Part shown: one piece after another, positions 21,292-31,187 of the stretch
Layout of the letters: each line of letters starts with the position of its first letter
Numbering within the stretch: position 1 is the stretch's first letter
Source of the DNA: an uncultured Verrucomicrobiae bacterium
GTDB lineage: Bacteria > Verrucomicrobiota > Verrucomicrobiia > Chthoniobacterales > Terrimicrobiaceae
Length of the DNA: 64,000 nucleotides
Reading direction: 5' to 3'
Assembly: GCA_963706955.1 (NCBI GenBank)
Contig: CAVPOC010000007.1
Coordinates: forward strand, 32,001 to 96,000
The notes under the pieces: generated by a model
The model's database searches: none
Told to the model about the DNA's origin: nothing
Seen by the model: the letters and a program-made list of their open reading frames with translations, nothing else
Program-made: the position numbers and the translations under genes

Positions 21292-22758
21292 ATGATCAAG
21301 TTCCCCCTACAAGACTCGGATCTCTTCCGGCAGCAGGCCTACATCGGGGGGAACTGGTGCGACGCGGAGAGCGGCGCGACTATCGAGGTAAACAATCCAG
21401 CCACTGGAGAGATCCTGGGCACAGTTCCGCGCATGGGGGCGAACGAAACCTGGCGCGCCATCGAGGCGGCCAAGGATGCCTTTGCCGACTGGAGTCGAAG
21501 ACCGGCGAAGGAGCGAAGCAACCTGATGCGGGGTTGGTACGATTTGATCATGGCCAACGTGGACGATTTGGGAGCCCTGATGACGGCCGAGCAAGGCAAG
21601 CCGCTCGCTGAAGCCAAGGGAGAAGTTGCCTACGCGGCCTCCTTTATCGAATGGTTCGCCGAAGAAGCCAAGCGGGTCTACGGAGATACGATCCCGTCGC
21701 CGTGGAAGGACCGCCGACTCGTCGTGATCAAGCAGCCCATTGGAGTTTGTGCAGCCATTACACCGTGGAATTTTCCAGCGGCGATGATCGGTCGAAAAGC
21801 TGGCCCGGCGCTCGCCTCGGGATGTACCATGCTTGCCAAGCCGGCTGAATCCACACCGTTTTCCGCCTTGGCCCTGGCGGTGCTTGCTGAGCGAGCCGGC
21901 ATCCCGGCAGGCGTCTTCAACGTTCTCACCGGGGAGGCCAAAGAAATTGGCGGGGAGATGACCTCCAACTCGGATGTCCGCAAGATCACCTTTACCGGAT
22001 CAACGGAGATCGGCCGTTTGCTCATCAAGCAAAGCGCCGACACCATCAAGAAGCTTTCGCTAGAACTCGGAGGCAATGCACCGTTTATCGTCTTTGACGA
22101 CGCTGATCTCGACGCCGCGGTCGAGGGAGCAATTATTTCCAAGTACCGCAACGCCGGGCAAACCTGTGTTTGCGCGAACCGTATTTATGTTCAAGCCGGC
22201 GTTTATGATGCCTTCGCTGAAAAACTCGTGGCGGCGGTTGGAGAGCTGAAGGTTGGCAATGGATTTGACCCCGAGGTTCTCCAGGGACCGCTGATCGATT
22301 TTGCCGCCGTCGAGAAGGTTGAAGATCATATTCAGGATGCCGTCGCCAAGGGAGGCCGAGTTCTCCTTGGTGGCAAGCGACATGCCCTGGGTCAGACCTT
22401 TTTCGAACCCACCGTTCTCAGCGAGGTAACTTCCCAGATGAAGGTTGCCCGCGAGGAGACCTTCGGCCCTCTGGCGCCGCTTTTCCGCTTCGAGAGCGAT
22501 GAAGAAGGCATTCAGATGGCCAACGACACCGAATTTGGTCTGGCGAGCTACTTTTACAGTCGAGACATCGGCCGCGCGTGGCGAGCCGCGGAAGCGTTGG
22601 AGTGCGGTATGGTCGGCATCAATACGGGACTGATTTCCAATGAAGTCGCCCCGTTCGGCGGAGTTAAACAATCGGGACTTGGACGCGAAGGTTCTCACTA
22701 CGGCATGGATGACTTTTTGGAAATAAAGTACCTTTGCTTCGGCGGCCTCGAAACGTGA
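21292..22758 (+). CDS. gabD: NAD(P)-dependent succinate-semialdehyde dehydrogenase, copy 2
   Basis: Intact 488-aa ORF with [38 protein letters not shown]. Confidence 0.9.
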   Translation: MIKFPLQDSDLFRQQAYIGGNWCDAESGATIEVNNPATGEILGTVPRMGANETWRAIEAAKDAFADWSRRPAKERSNLMRGWYDLIMANVDDLGALMTAEQGKPLAEAKGEVAYAASFIEWFAEEAKRVYGDTIPSPWKDRRLVVIKQPIGVCAAITPWNFPAAMIGRKAGPALASGCTMLAKPAESTPFSALALAVLAERAGIPAGVFNVLTGEAKEIGGEMTSNSDVRKITFTGSTEIGRLLIKQSADTIKKLSLELGGNAPFIVFDDADLDAAVEGAIISKYRNAGQTCVCANRIYVQAGVYDAFAEKLVAAVGELKVGNGFDPEVLQGPLIDFAAVEKVEDHIQDAVAKGGRVLLGGKRHALGQTFFEPTVLSEVTSQMKVAREETFGPLAPLFRFESDEEGIQMANDTEFGLASYFYSRDIGRAWRAAEALECGMVGINTGLISNEVAPFGGVKQSGLGREGSHYGMDDFLEIKYLCFGGLET

Positions 22759-22823
22759 ACGTCCACTCTCACGAAGGCGTGGCCACCTCGCTCAGCGGGA
22801 CGTCGAAGCAAAGCGCGACCATC

Positions 22824-23666
22824 ATGAACAACCAACGGCGGACAAGGCGACTTGCCAAGACTTCCCGCGCGGAGCCGCCGTTGACCATGGACGAACGCCG
22901 CGAAACCATTGTCGACTTCTTAAAAAAGGAAGCTAAGATCAGCGTCGAAGAGCTCTCCGGTAGACTTAAGGTTAGTCAAGTCACGATCAGAAAGGACTTG
23001 GACAGCCTCGAGAAGCGAGGACTGATCGAGCGAAGTCATGGGAACGCCATCTTTTCGCAGCAGAGCCGATTTAATATTGCCTTCCTCGAGAAGCTGCAAA
23101 TGCAAGCGCGGGAGAAGGACCTGATTGCCAAGGTTGCCGCCAGCTACGTTCACGAAGGAGATTCGATCATCCTGGACTCGGGAACAACCACCCTCTCGCT
23201 GGCGAAGGCTTTGGTCGGAAGGTTCAAATCCCTCTTCGTCATTACTAACTCAGTTCCGGCCGCTCTGGAATTAACCAAGGCCGGATACGATCTTCTCTTG
23301 GTCGGCGGGCAGGTGCGTAAACATAGTTTGTCGCTCCTCGGCCCTTGGGCGGTCAAAAATCTCGAAAGCTATCATGTCGACCGAGCATTTATGGGAACTT
23401 CGGGCATCACCCTGGCACATGGATTTAGCACCCCCGATTCATTGGACGCTCAGATGAAACAGACAATGATCCGGATTTCCGATAAGGCTTATGTTCTCAC
23501 AGATTCGTCGAAGTTCGGTCACAATTGCATGGTTAGTTTCGCTAAGTGCTCAGAGATCCATCTAACACTTACGGATTCGCGCCTTCCGCAAAGGCTTCTC
23601 AAGGAATTTAAGCAACAGGGAGTCGATATTCGGATTGTCAGCGCCAACTCCAACTCTGAGCATTAG
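22824..23666 (+). CDS. DeoR/GlpR-family transcriptional regulator
   Basis: VSQVTIRKDLDSL HTH, ILDSGTTT, VITNS, DSSKFG; start 22824 or 22887. Confidence 0.9.
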   Translation: MNNQRRTRRLAKTSRAEPPLTMDERRETIVDFLKKEAKISVEELSGRLKVSQVTIRKDLDSLEKRGLIERSHGNAIFSQQSRFNIAFLEKLQMQAREKDLIAKVAASYVHEGDSIILDSGTTTLSLAKALVGRFKSLFVITNSVPAALELTKAGYDLLLVGGQVRKHSLSLLGPWAVKNLESYHVDRAFMGTSGITLAHGFSTPDSLDAQMKQTMIRISDKAYVLTDSSKFGHNCMVSFAKCSEIHLTLTDSRLPQRLLKEFKQQGVDIRIVSANSNSEH

Positions 23667-24108
23667 TTATGCAAAAGCTTAGAACACCATCTGGGATTGG
23701 CGAAGCTGCCCCGTCTCCACAAGCGTTCGACGCCAGGTCGAGAAAGTCACTGCCACGAAATCGACCGCGCCGTCTCTTACACGGAACTGCCGTGGCCGGT
23801 CCCGAGCCGCTCGCCGGGCCCGTTTCGTCTCTGATTTTTCACACCCTGAAGCTCTTCCCGATGAACCTTCAATTAGCGCCGCGCAATATTAGCTCGGCGG
23901 CATTTTTCACCATTATATTCTTGCATAGATGAAATCGATGGCTTACGAGTCCCCCCAGAGGCTAGCTGAGCAGCGATCGGCCGCCGGGCATGTGTCCCCG
24001 GGAGTCGAGAGCTGGTCTTCAGTCTTTCAACAAGAAAGTCCCCAGGAAATCACAAACACTTACCCGCCCGCAGAGTCCGGGCGTTTACACTGCAGGAGAA
24101 TACACCAA

Positions 24109-25029
24109 ATGAAACGCTTAGTAATGGCCCTGGCCGCTATCGCCCTTATGATGACTGCCGCGATCGCACAGAACGTCGGAGTGTCGATGGCTTATTTCGA
24201 CGACCTTTTCCTCACCAATCTTCGTGAGGCGATGTCGGCACAGGCAAAGCAAGCAGGAGTAAAGCTTCAATTCGAGGACGCCCAAGGCGACATCGGCAAG
24301 CAACTCAGTCAGATTCAAAACTTCATCGCCCAGAAGGTCGATGTGATCGTGGTCAACCCCGTCGATAGCTCGGCGACCGCTCAGATGACCAAACTGCTCA
24401 AAGATGCGAAGATCCCGGCGGTTTACGTGAATCGGCAGCCGCTCGAGCCGCTCGATCCTAATGATCCGATCGTCTATGTGGGCTCGGACGAAAACGTGTC
24501 AGGGAAGCTCGAGGGTGAGGCAATCGCCAAACTTCTTAAGGGCAAAGGCAATGTCGTCATTATGATGGGCGAGCTCGCCACCCAGGCGGCCGCGCTGCGC
24601 ACCGAAGGCGTCGAAAAGGTCTTCGCCCAACACCCTGAGATAAAGGTCGTGCAAAAGCAGACCGCCAACTGGCGCCGCAACGAGGCCATCGACCTCATGA
24701 ACAACTGGCTGGTGGCGGGCACCAAGATTGATGCGGTCGCCGCGAACAACGACGAAATGGCCATCGGAGCTATTATCGCTTTGCAACAGGCGGGCAAGGA
24801 TCCGAAGAGCATGGTTATCGGCGGCGTTGATGCGACTACTGACGCCCTCAAAGAAATGGAGAAGGGCAATTTGGCAGTGACCGTTTTCCAAGATGCCAAG
24901 GGGCAAGGCAAAGCGGTGGTTGATTCTGCCGTCAAGCTCAAGAAGGGCGAAAAGTTCGAGTCTCCTTACGTCTACATCCCCTTCCAATTGGTTACACAGG
25001 AGAACTACAAGGAGTTCCTGAACAAGTAA
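24109..25029 (+). CDS. Sugar (inositol-type) ABC transporter substrate-binding protein
   Basis: AGGAG before ATG 24109, signal peptide MKRLVMALAAIA..., EDAQGD, YVGSDE, ANNDEMAIGA. Confidence 0.88.
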   Translation: MKRLVMALAAIALMMTAAIAQNVGVSMAYFDDLFLTNLREAMSAQAKQAGVKLQFEDAQGDIGKQLSQIQNFIAQKVDVIVVNPVDSSATAQMTKLLKDAKIPAVYVNRQPLEPLDPNDPIVYVGSDENVSGKLEGEAIAKLLKGKGNVVIMMGELATQAAALRTEGVEKVFAQHPEIKVVQKQTANWRRNEAIDLMNNWLVAGTKIDAVAANNDEMAIGAIIALQQAGKDPKSMVIGGVDATTDALKEMEKGNLAVTVFQDAKGQGKAVVDSAVKLKKGEKFESPYVYIPFQLVTQENYKEFLNK

Positions 25030-25038
25030 GGCTGTTTA

Positions 25039-25064
25039 GCTGCGCCGCCGCAAGGCGGCGCAGC
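25039..25064 (+). terminator. GC-rich hairpin after the binding-protein gene (partial terminator or mRNA stabiliser)
   Basis: GCTGCGCCGCC-GCAA-GGCGGCGCAGC, perfect 11-bp stem with GNRA loop, no U-tract. Confidence 0.55.
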
Positions 25065-25102
25065 CTCCTGCGCTCATCAACATCTAAACGGAGAGTTACG
25101 CC

Positions 25103-26662
25103 ATGTCGCCCTCAGCTCCTCAGGAACCTTTCAACGCGACCCAAGTTGCAGGGGTGGTGTTGCCGGACGCTCCTTACCTCCTTGAGGCCGAGGGGGTCCG
25201 TAAAGAATTCCCGGGCGTCGTCGCGCTCGATGGAGTCAGGCTGCAGATTCGTCCGGGAACCGTCCATGCGTTGATGGGTGAAAATGGCGCCGGCAAATCG
25301 ACGCTGATGAAGATCATCGCCGGCGTTTATCAGCCGGACACCGGGGAAATTCGCCTGAAAGGCAAACCGGTAAAACTCACGACGCCCCTGGCCGCGCTGG
25401 ATGCGGGAATCGCAATGATTCACCAGGAGTTGAACCTGATGCCTTACATGACCGTGGCCGAAAACGTCTGGATTCGGCGCGAGCCGATGAAGGGCCTCGG
25501 ATTTATGGACTTCGTGGATCATGCGGAGATGCGCCGAATGACCGAGCATCTGTTTCGCCGCTTGAACATCGACATCGATCCGGAAATCGAAGTTCGGTAT
25601 CTTACGGTTGCCAATCGGCAGATCGTCGAGATTGCTAAGGCGGTCTCTTTCGAATCCGACATTCTGATCATGGATGAGCCCACTTCCGCGCTGACCGAGC
25701 GCGAAGTCGAACATCTCTTCGCGATCATTGCGGACCTCAAGGCCCATGGCGTCGGTATCGTCTACATCACCCACAAGATGGATGAGGTCTTCGAGATTGC
25801 CGACGACGTCTCCGTCTTCCGCGATGGTCGCTACATTGCCACTCATCGGGCGAAAGACATCAACCGTGAGATCCTGATAAAAGAAATGGTCGGTCGCGAC
25901 CTCGACGCCATGTTCCCCAAGGAAATTGTCCCGATCGGCGACGTGGCTCTCTCGGTGAAGAACCTTACGCTTGAGGGCGTTTTTCGTGATATCTCCTTCG
26001 ACCTCCGCAAGGGGGAGATTCTGGGTTTAGCCGGGCTGGTCGGGGCAGGGCGAACCAACGTCGCCGAGACGATCTTCGGAGTTACCCCAGCCACCGGAGG
26101 AGAGATCTTCGTCAATGGCAAGAAATTGGTCGTTGATTCTCCGCACACGGGCATGCACGCAGGAATGGCGTTCTTGACTGAGGACCGCAAGGACACAGGT
26201 TGCTTCTTGGTCCTCTCCGTGCTTGAGAACATGGAAATCGCAGTCCTGATGGACCGCTACGTCAAGGGTGGATTCGTCAACCAGGCGGACGTAAATTCAG
26301 AATGCGAAAAGCTTAAGAGCGTTCTTAGAATCAAGACGCCCAATCTCCATGAACGCATCGAGAACCTGAGCGGTGGCAATCAGCAAAAAGCTTTGATTGG
26401 ACGCTGGCTGCTGACTACGCCGAAGATCCTGATCCTCGATGAGCCCACCCGCGGGATCGACGTGGGGGCTAAAGCTGAAATCCACAGGTTGATCTCGAAG
26501 CTGGCCGGGGAGGGTCTCGCGGTGATTATGATTTCTTCCGAAATGCCGGAAATCCTTGGAATGAGCGATCGAATTATGGTGATGCACGACGGCCACGTTA
26601 CCGGTTTTCTGGACCGAGCCGAGGCCGATCAGGTCAAGATCATGCACCTCGCCTCCGGCTGA
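25103..26662 (+). CDS. Sugar ABC transporter ATP-binding protein (RbsA/MglA type, two ATPase domains)
   Basis: [38 protein letters not shown]. Confidence 0.92.
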   Translation: MSPSAPQEPFNATQVAGVVLPDAPYLLEAEGVRKEFPGVVALDGVRLQIRPGTVHALMGENGAGKSTLMKIIAGVYQPDTGEIRLKGKPVKLTTPLAALDAGIAMIHQELNLMPYMTVAENVWIRREPMKGLGFMDFVDHAEMRRMTEHLFRRLNIDIDPEIEVRYLTVANRQIVEIAKAVSFESDILIMDEPTSALTEREVEHLFAIIADLKAHGVGIVYITHKMDEVFEIADDVSVFRDGRYIATHRAKDINREILIKEMVGRDLDAMFPKEIVPIGDVALSVKNLTLEGVFRDISFDLRKGEILGLAGLVGAGRTNVAETIFGVTPATGGEIFVNGKKLVVDSPHTGMHAGMAFLTEDRKDTGCFLVLSVLENMEIAVLMDRYVKGGFVNQADVNSECEKLKSVLRIKTPNLHERIENLSGGNQQKALIGRWLLTTPKILILDEPTRGIDVGAKAEIHRLISKLAGEGLAVIMISSEMPEILGMSDRIMVMHDGHVTGFLDRAEADQVKIMHLASG

Positions 26663-26727
26663 TTAATGGACCCAAGTCGGACGAATCAGGATAACGCAGC
26701 AATACCGATGAAATTGGAGGAACAGTA

Positions 26728-27774
26728 ATGAGCAACGAGGTCAAAACTCAGGTGGGCCAGGAGGTAAGTGCCACTGCGCCTCCGGAACGAAAACGAGAGG
26801 GCCGTAAGCTGCCCGCCGAAGCGGGCATACTGTTCATTCTGATCGGTATTGCGGTGCTCTTTGAAATCATGGGCTGGGTCTTTAAGGGTGACACGTTTCT
26901 GTTCAATCCCCAGCGGCTGTTTATCATCGTTCTTCAGGTTTCGGTCGTTGGCTTGCTTGCCATTGCGGTGACCCAAGTGATTATCACGGGAGGCATCGAT
27001 CTATCTTCCGGATCTGTCCTGGCGATCTCCGCAATGGTCGCGGCAAGTTTCGCTCAGACGCCTGAGAACACCCGTGCCGTTTATCCAGCGCTAACCAATC
27101 TCCCCTTCGTAATTCCACTGCTCGCGGGTTTATGCGTGGGTATTTTAGCGGGATTAGTTAACGGCAGCTTGATTGCTAAAACAGGGATTCCTCCTTTCAT
27201 CGCGACCCTCGGCATGATGGTGGCGGCCCGTGGACTTGCGCGGGCTTACACCGGGGGCCAACCCGTCAGCATGCTTTCTCCAAAGTTTACCTGGATCGGA
27301 TCCGGGTACATGCCGGTGATTATTTTCCTGGTGACCGCGCTCATATTCCACATTGCGCTGAAGTATACCCGATACGGTAAATTCACTTATGCCATTGGAG
27401 CGAACCCGCAGGCGGCGCGCGTCTCTGGTATCAATGTCGGGCGCCATCTGATCGTTGTTTACTCGATTGCGGGCCTGCTTTCAGGACTCGCCGGAGTCGT
27501 AACTGCAGCTCGCGCGTCCACTGGTCAAGCAGGCATGGGACTGGGTTATGAACTCGATGCCATCGCTGCAACCGTCATCGGCGGCACGAGCCTTACTGGT
27601 GGGATTGGCCGCATCGGCGGGACCGTCATCGGCATGGTGATTCTCGGCATCATGACGAGCGGATTCACGTTTCTCGGTGTAGACGTCTATTACCAGGATA
27701 TCGTGAAGGGCGTGATCATCGTCGCTGCGGTCTCCGCCGACATGTATCGCCAGCGCAAGCGCAGGAAGGCTTAG
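26728..27774 (+). CDS. Sugar ABC transporter permease (RbsC type)
   Basis: [29 protein letters not shown]. Confidence 0.92.
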   Translation: MSNEVKTQVGQEVSATAPPERKREGRKLPAEAGILFILIGIAVLFEIMGWVFKGDTFLFNPQRLFIIVLQVSVVGLLAIAVTQVIITGGIDLSSGSVLAISAMVAASFAQTPENTRAVYPALTNLPFVIPLLAGLCVGILAGLVNGSLIAKTGIPPFIATLGMMVAARGLARAYTGGQPVSMLSPKFTWIGSGYMPVIIFLVTALIFHIALKYTRYGKFTYAIGANPQAARVSGINVGRHLIVVYSIAGLLSGLAGVVTAARASTGQAGMGLGYELDAIAATVIGGTSLTGGIGRIGGTVIGMVILGIMTSGFTFLGVDVYYQDIVKGVIIVAAVSADMYRQRKRRKA

Positions 27775-27869
27775 CCTCGAACGATTCTGCGGCAGCCGCT
27801 GCACTCGCCGGAGTGGGCAGGCGCGTTCGCGAATGACTTGTCTTCGACCGAGCAACGCACGATCCATCT

Positions 27870-29036
27870 ATGCCAGCTAGTCTTCAGAGAAAAGTAAGAG
27901 TGGGAATGATTGGGGGCGGACCGGGCGCATTCATCGGCGGCTCGCATCGGATCGCCATGCGTCTCGATGATCGCTATCAACTCGTCGCCGGTGTCTTCTC
28001 GCGAAATCGTGAAAAGTCCCTGGCCGCTGCACGCGAGCTCGGGATTTCTGAAGATCGCGTCTACCCAGATTATGAAACCATGGCCACGCGCGAGACGGAA
28101 CGCGAGGACGGAGTCGATGCGGTGGCCATTGTCACGCCGACCGACAGTCACTACAAAATCGCGAAAAAGCTGCTCGAAGCCGGGCTCAATGTAATTTGCG
28201 ATAAGCCCCTCTGCCTCTCGGTGGTGGAAGCAAGGGAATTGCAAGCTCTCGCCGAAAAGGGCGAACTAATTCTTTGCCTGACGCACAACTACTCGGGTTA
28301 CGCCATGGTGCGCCACGCTGCGCGCCTGGTTCGAAATGGCGACCTCGGAGAGGTCAAGATGGTTCAAGTGGAACACGCTTCCGGTTGGGCAGCCAAGCTA
28401 CTGGAAAAACAGGGCCACACCCAGGCTGCCTGGAGAATGGATCCAGCCTTGGGTGGCGAGGCGAGCGTTCTCTACGATTTGGGAACCCACGCGCATCAGT
28501 TGGCGCGCTTTATAACAGGTCTGGAAGTTTCGGAAGTGGCCGCTGAATTGAGCAAAGTGGTTGCCGGTCGGGAGATCAATGATAACGCCAACGTGCTTTT
28601 GCGCTTTACGAACGGCGCTCGCGGTAGCCTCTGGGTAACGATGGCCGCAGTCGGCAACGAACACGGACTTCGTATTCGTGTCTATGGAGAACGCGGCAGC
28701 CTCTTCTGGCATCAAGAGGACCCTCACCATCTGCTCTTCTCCCCGATCGACGGCCCCCCACGGATTCTCGCGCAAGGCGCCGAATGGCTTTCCCCAGATG
28801 CCGCCAAATGGACCCGCGCAGGTCTTGGGCATCCGGAGGGCTTTTTCGAAGCGTTCGCCAACCTCTACACCGAGGTTGCCGACGCCTTGCTCGCCAAAGC
28901 AGAAGGGCGGCCAGTCGCGAAAGCAGAGTTGGGATTTCCCGACGCTTCCGATGGCCTCAAAGGGGTCGCCTTTGTCGAGGCGGCGATGCGCTCTTATGCG
29001 GCTGGGGGCGCATGGACTGCGTTAGAAACCAACTAA
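27870..29036 (+). CDS. Gfo/Idh/MocA oxidoreductase (paralog of 4237..5394)
   Basis: GMIGGGPGAFIG, ICDKP, THNYSGY, DLGTH, GHPEGF. Confidence 0.88.
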   Translation: MPASLQRKVRVGMIGGGPGAFIGGSHRIAMRLDDRYQLVAGVFSRNREKSLAAARELGISEDRVYPDYETMATRETEREDGVDAVAIVTPTDSHYKIAKKLLEAGLNVICDKPLCLSVVEARELQALAEKGELILCLTHNYSGYAMVRHAARLVRNGDLGEVKMVQVEHASGWAAKLLEKQGHTQAAWRMDPALGGEASVLYDLGTHAHQLARFITGLEVSEVAAELSKVVAGREINDNANVLLRFTNGARGSLWVTMAAVGNEHGLRIRVYGERGSLFWHQEDPHHLLFSPIDGPPRILAQGAEWLSPDAAKWTRAGLGHPEGFFEAFANLYTEVADALLAKAEGRPVAKAELGFPDASDGLKGVAFVEAAMRSYAAGGAWTALETN

Positions 29037-29053
29037 AAACTAATACTCGCAAT

Positions 29054-30049
29054 ATGCTTAAAATAGCCGTCATCGGAGCTGGTTTTATCGGCTCGGTCCA
29101 CGCAAAGAACGTCGCCCGCCATCCTGGGACGCAATTGGTCGCTGTCAGCGATGTAAATTTGGAAGCCGCCAAGAAGCTGGCCGCGACGACCGGTGCGAAG
29201 GCAGTGGGCGACCCCGCCGAGATCTTCAGCGACAAGGAGGTGGAGGCCGTCTTTATTTGTTCCTTAACAAGCACGCATGTTGACTTTCTGAAACGATCAG
29301 CCGAATCCGGCAAAGCCGTTTACTGCGAAAAGCCGATCGGTTTGGATTACCAGGAAGCGGTCGAGGCGGTGAAGGTCGTTCGAGCGGCCAAAGTTCCCGC
29401 CATGCTAGGCTTCAATCGAAGGTTCGATCCCAACCATGCAGCCCTGCAAGATGAAGTGAGGCGTGGCGAAGTCGGTAAGTTGGAGATAATCCAAATGACC
29501 TCGCGCGGACCGAGCCTGCCGGCAATTAGCTATCTGGCGACCTCAGGCGGGCAGCTCAAGGACCAAACCATTCATTTTTTCGACCTTCTGCGGTGGATTA
29601 CCGGTGATGAAGCAGAAGAGGTGTATGCTATCGGAGCGGCCATGGTAGATCCACGAGTGGCCGAAGTTGGCGATGTCGACACGAGCATCTTGGCAATTCG
29701 AATGGAATCGGGAGCGCTTTGCCAGATCGACTCCGCGAGACGCACCGGCTACGGATACGATGAGCGCATCGAAGTCTTCGGATCAACCGGAATGGTGGAG
29801 TCGCGACGCCAGCGGGCGCGAGGAGTTTCGCGCTATGTCGGCGACAAAGTCATCGACGATGGTCTGCACGCAGGCTGGTTCGAAAGAATAGAACAAAGCT
29901 ACTTTCAAATACTCGACGCCTTCGTCGATGCCCTCGCGAACGGGACAGAACCGAGTCCATCACTCGAGGATGGCTTGAAGGCTCAGTTGCTGGCGGACAA
30001 GGCGACTGAATCTCTCAAAAGCGGCAAGCCGGTAAAGGTTCAGGGATAA
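29054..30049 (+). CDS. Gfo/Idh/MocA oxidoreductase, IolG-like
   Basis: MLKIAVIGAGFIG, YCEKP, GFNRRFDP, GYGYDERIE. Confidence 0.87.
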   Translation: MLKIAVIGAGFIGSVHAKNVARHPGTQLVAVSDVNLEAAKKLAATTGAKAVGDPAEIFSDKEVEAVFICSLTSTHVDFLKRSAESGKAVYCEKPIGLDYQEAVEAVKVVRAAKVPAMLGFNRRFDPNHAALQDEVRRGEVGKLEIIQMTSRGPSLPAISYLATSGGQLKDQTIHFFDLLRWITGDEAEEVYAIGAAMVDPRVAEVGDVDTSILAIRMESGALCQIDSARRTGYGYDERIEVFGSTGMVESRRQRARGVSRYVGDKVIDDGLHAGWFERIEQSYFQILDAFVDALANGTEPSPSLEDGLKAQLLADKATESLKSGKPVKVQG

Positions 30050-30079
30050 CAGCGAAAGCATTCTCGCGCGCAGAACAAT

Positions 30080-31040
30080 ATGAAATTATGTGCCGTATCG
30101 GAGAGTTTGGGGCACCTTGGATTTGAAGAGGCTGCCAAAGTTTCGGCGGAACTCGGACTAGCAGGCTTGGAGATCGGCACCGGTAACTGGAATGCCGGTC
30201 ATCACGTCGATCTTGCAGGCATTGCTGGAAAGCGCTGATGAGAGACGAAAGTTCCTCTCGGTGTTTGAGCGGAACGGCTTGGCGCTCTCGGCGCTCAATT
30301 GCAATGGCAATCAGCTTCACCCCGTGGATGGTGAACGGCAAAGCAAGGTGGTTTACGACACCCTGCGGGCTGCCGAACTGCTCGGAGTCAAGTCAGTTGT
30401 GCTGATGTCCGGCTTGCCAGCCGGCGGACCGAAGGATGTCAGACCGAACTGGGTCACTTGCGCATGGCACCGGGAGAACTTGGAAATTCTTGAGTGGCAA
30501 TGGAACGAAAAGTTACTGCCTTACTGGAGCAAGCTGGCGGCGGCGGCTAAGGACGCCGGTGTGAGGCTTTGCATCGAACTCCACGGGCATCAACTCGTCT
30601 ACAACGTTCCCACTTTGCTCAAACTGCGGAAAGAAGTGGGCGATATCGTCGGCACTAATTTGGACCCCAGCCATCTCTTTTGGATGGATGCCGATCCACT
30701 GGTCGCGATCGACGCACTCGGCGACGCCATTTACCACGTCCATGCAAAGGACACCTTCATGAACAGGCCAGCTCTCGACCTGACGAGCCGCCTGGAGACC
30801 ATCCCACACGAGAAGGTCAAGGAGCGCTCCTGGAGCTACATCACTCTTGGTTACGGGCACGATGAAAAATGGTGGCGGGAGTTTTGCTATCGTCTTCGCC
30901 TGAATGGATATGATGGGTGGCTCTCCATCGAACACGAGGACATCGTGCTTTCGCGCATGGATGGGATGCGAAAGTCAGTCGATCTTCTCAAGCGCACCAT
31001 GATCGAGGAGAAGAGCGACTACGCGCTGCCCGAAAGCTAA
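30080..31040 (+). CDS. Sugar phosphate isomerase/epimerase TIM-barrel protein (frameshift near 30212)
   Basis: MKLCAVSESLGHL...LEIGTGNW from ATG 30080 joins ORF 30192..31040 (IELHG, LDPSH, HVHAKD, LSIEHED). Confidence 0.82.
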
Positions 31041-31076
31041 AGCCGATACAAGAGACAGAGCGTCTCAACGCGCCCT

Positions 31077-31131
31077 GTAGCGGCGATGTCCTCATCGCCG
31101 AGGTCTCCGCCGGTGGGGACACCGCCGCTAC
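31077..31131. repeat. REP doublet, family A
   Basis: GTAG-CGGCGATG-TCCT-CATCGCCG, 7-nt spacer, CGCCGGTG-GGGA-CACCGCCG-CTAC; lies between convergent genes. Confidence 0.9.
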
Positions 31132-31187
31132 AACAACAAAGCGACGTCTTTCGCAAAGGATCTTGCGGCTGCTTTGCTCGGCAACGG

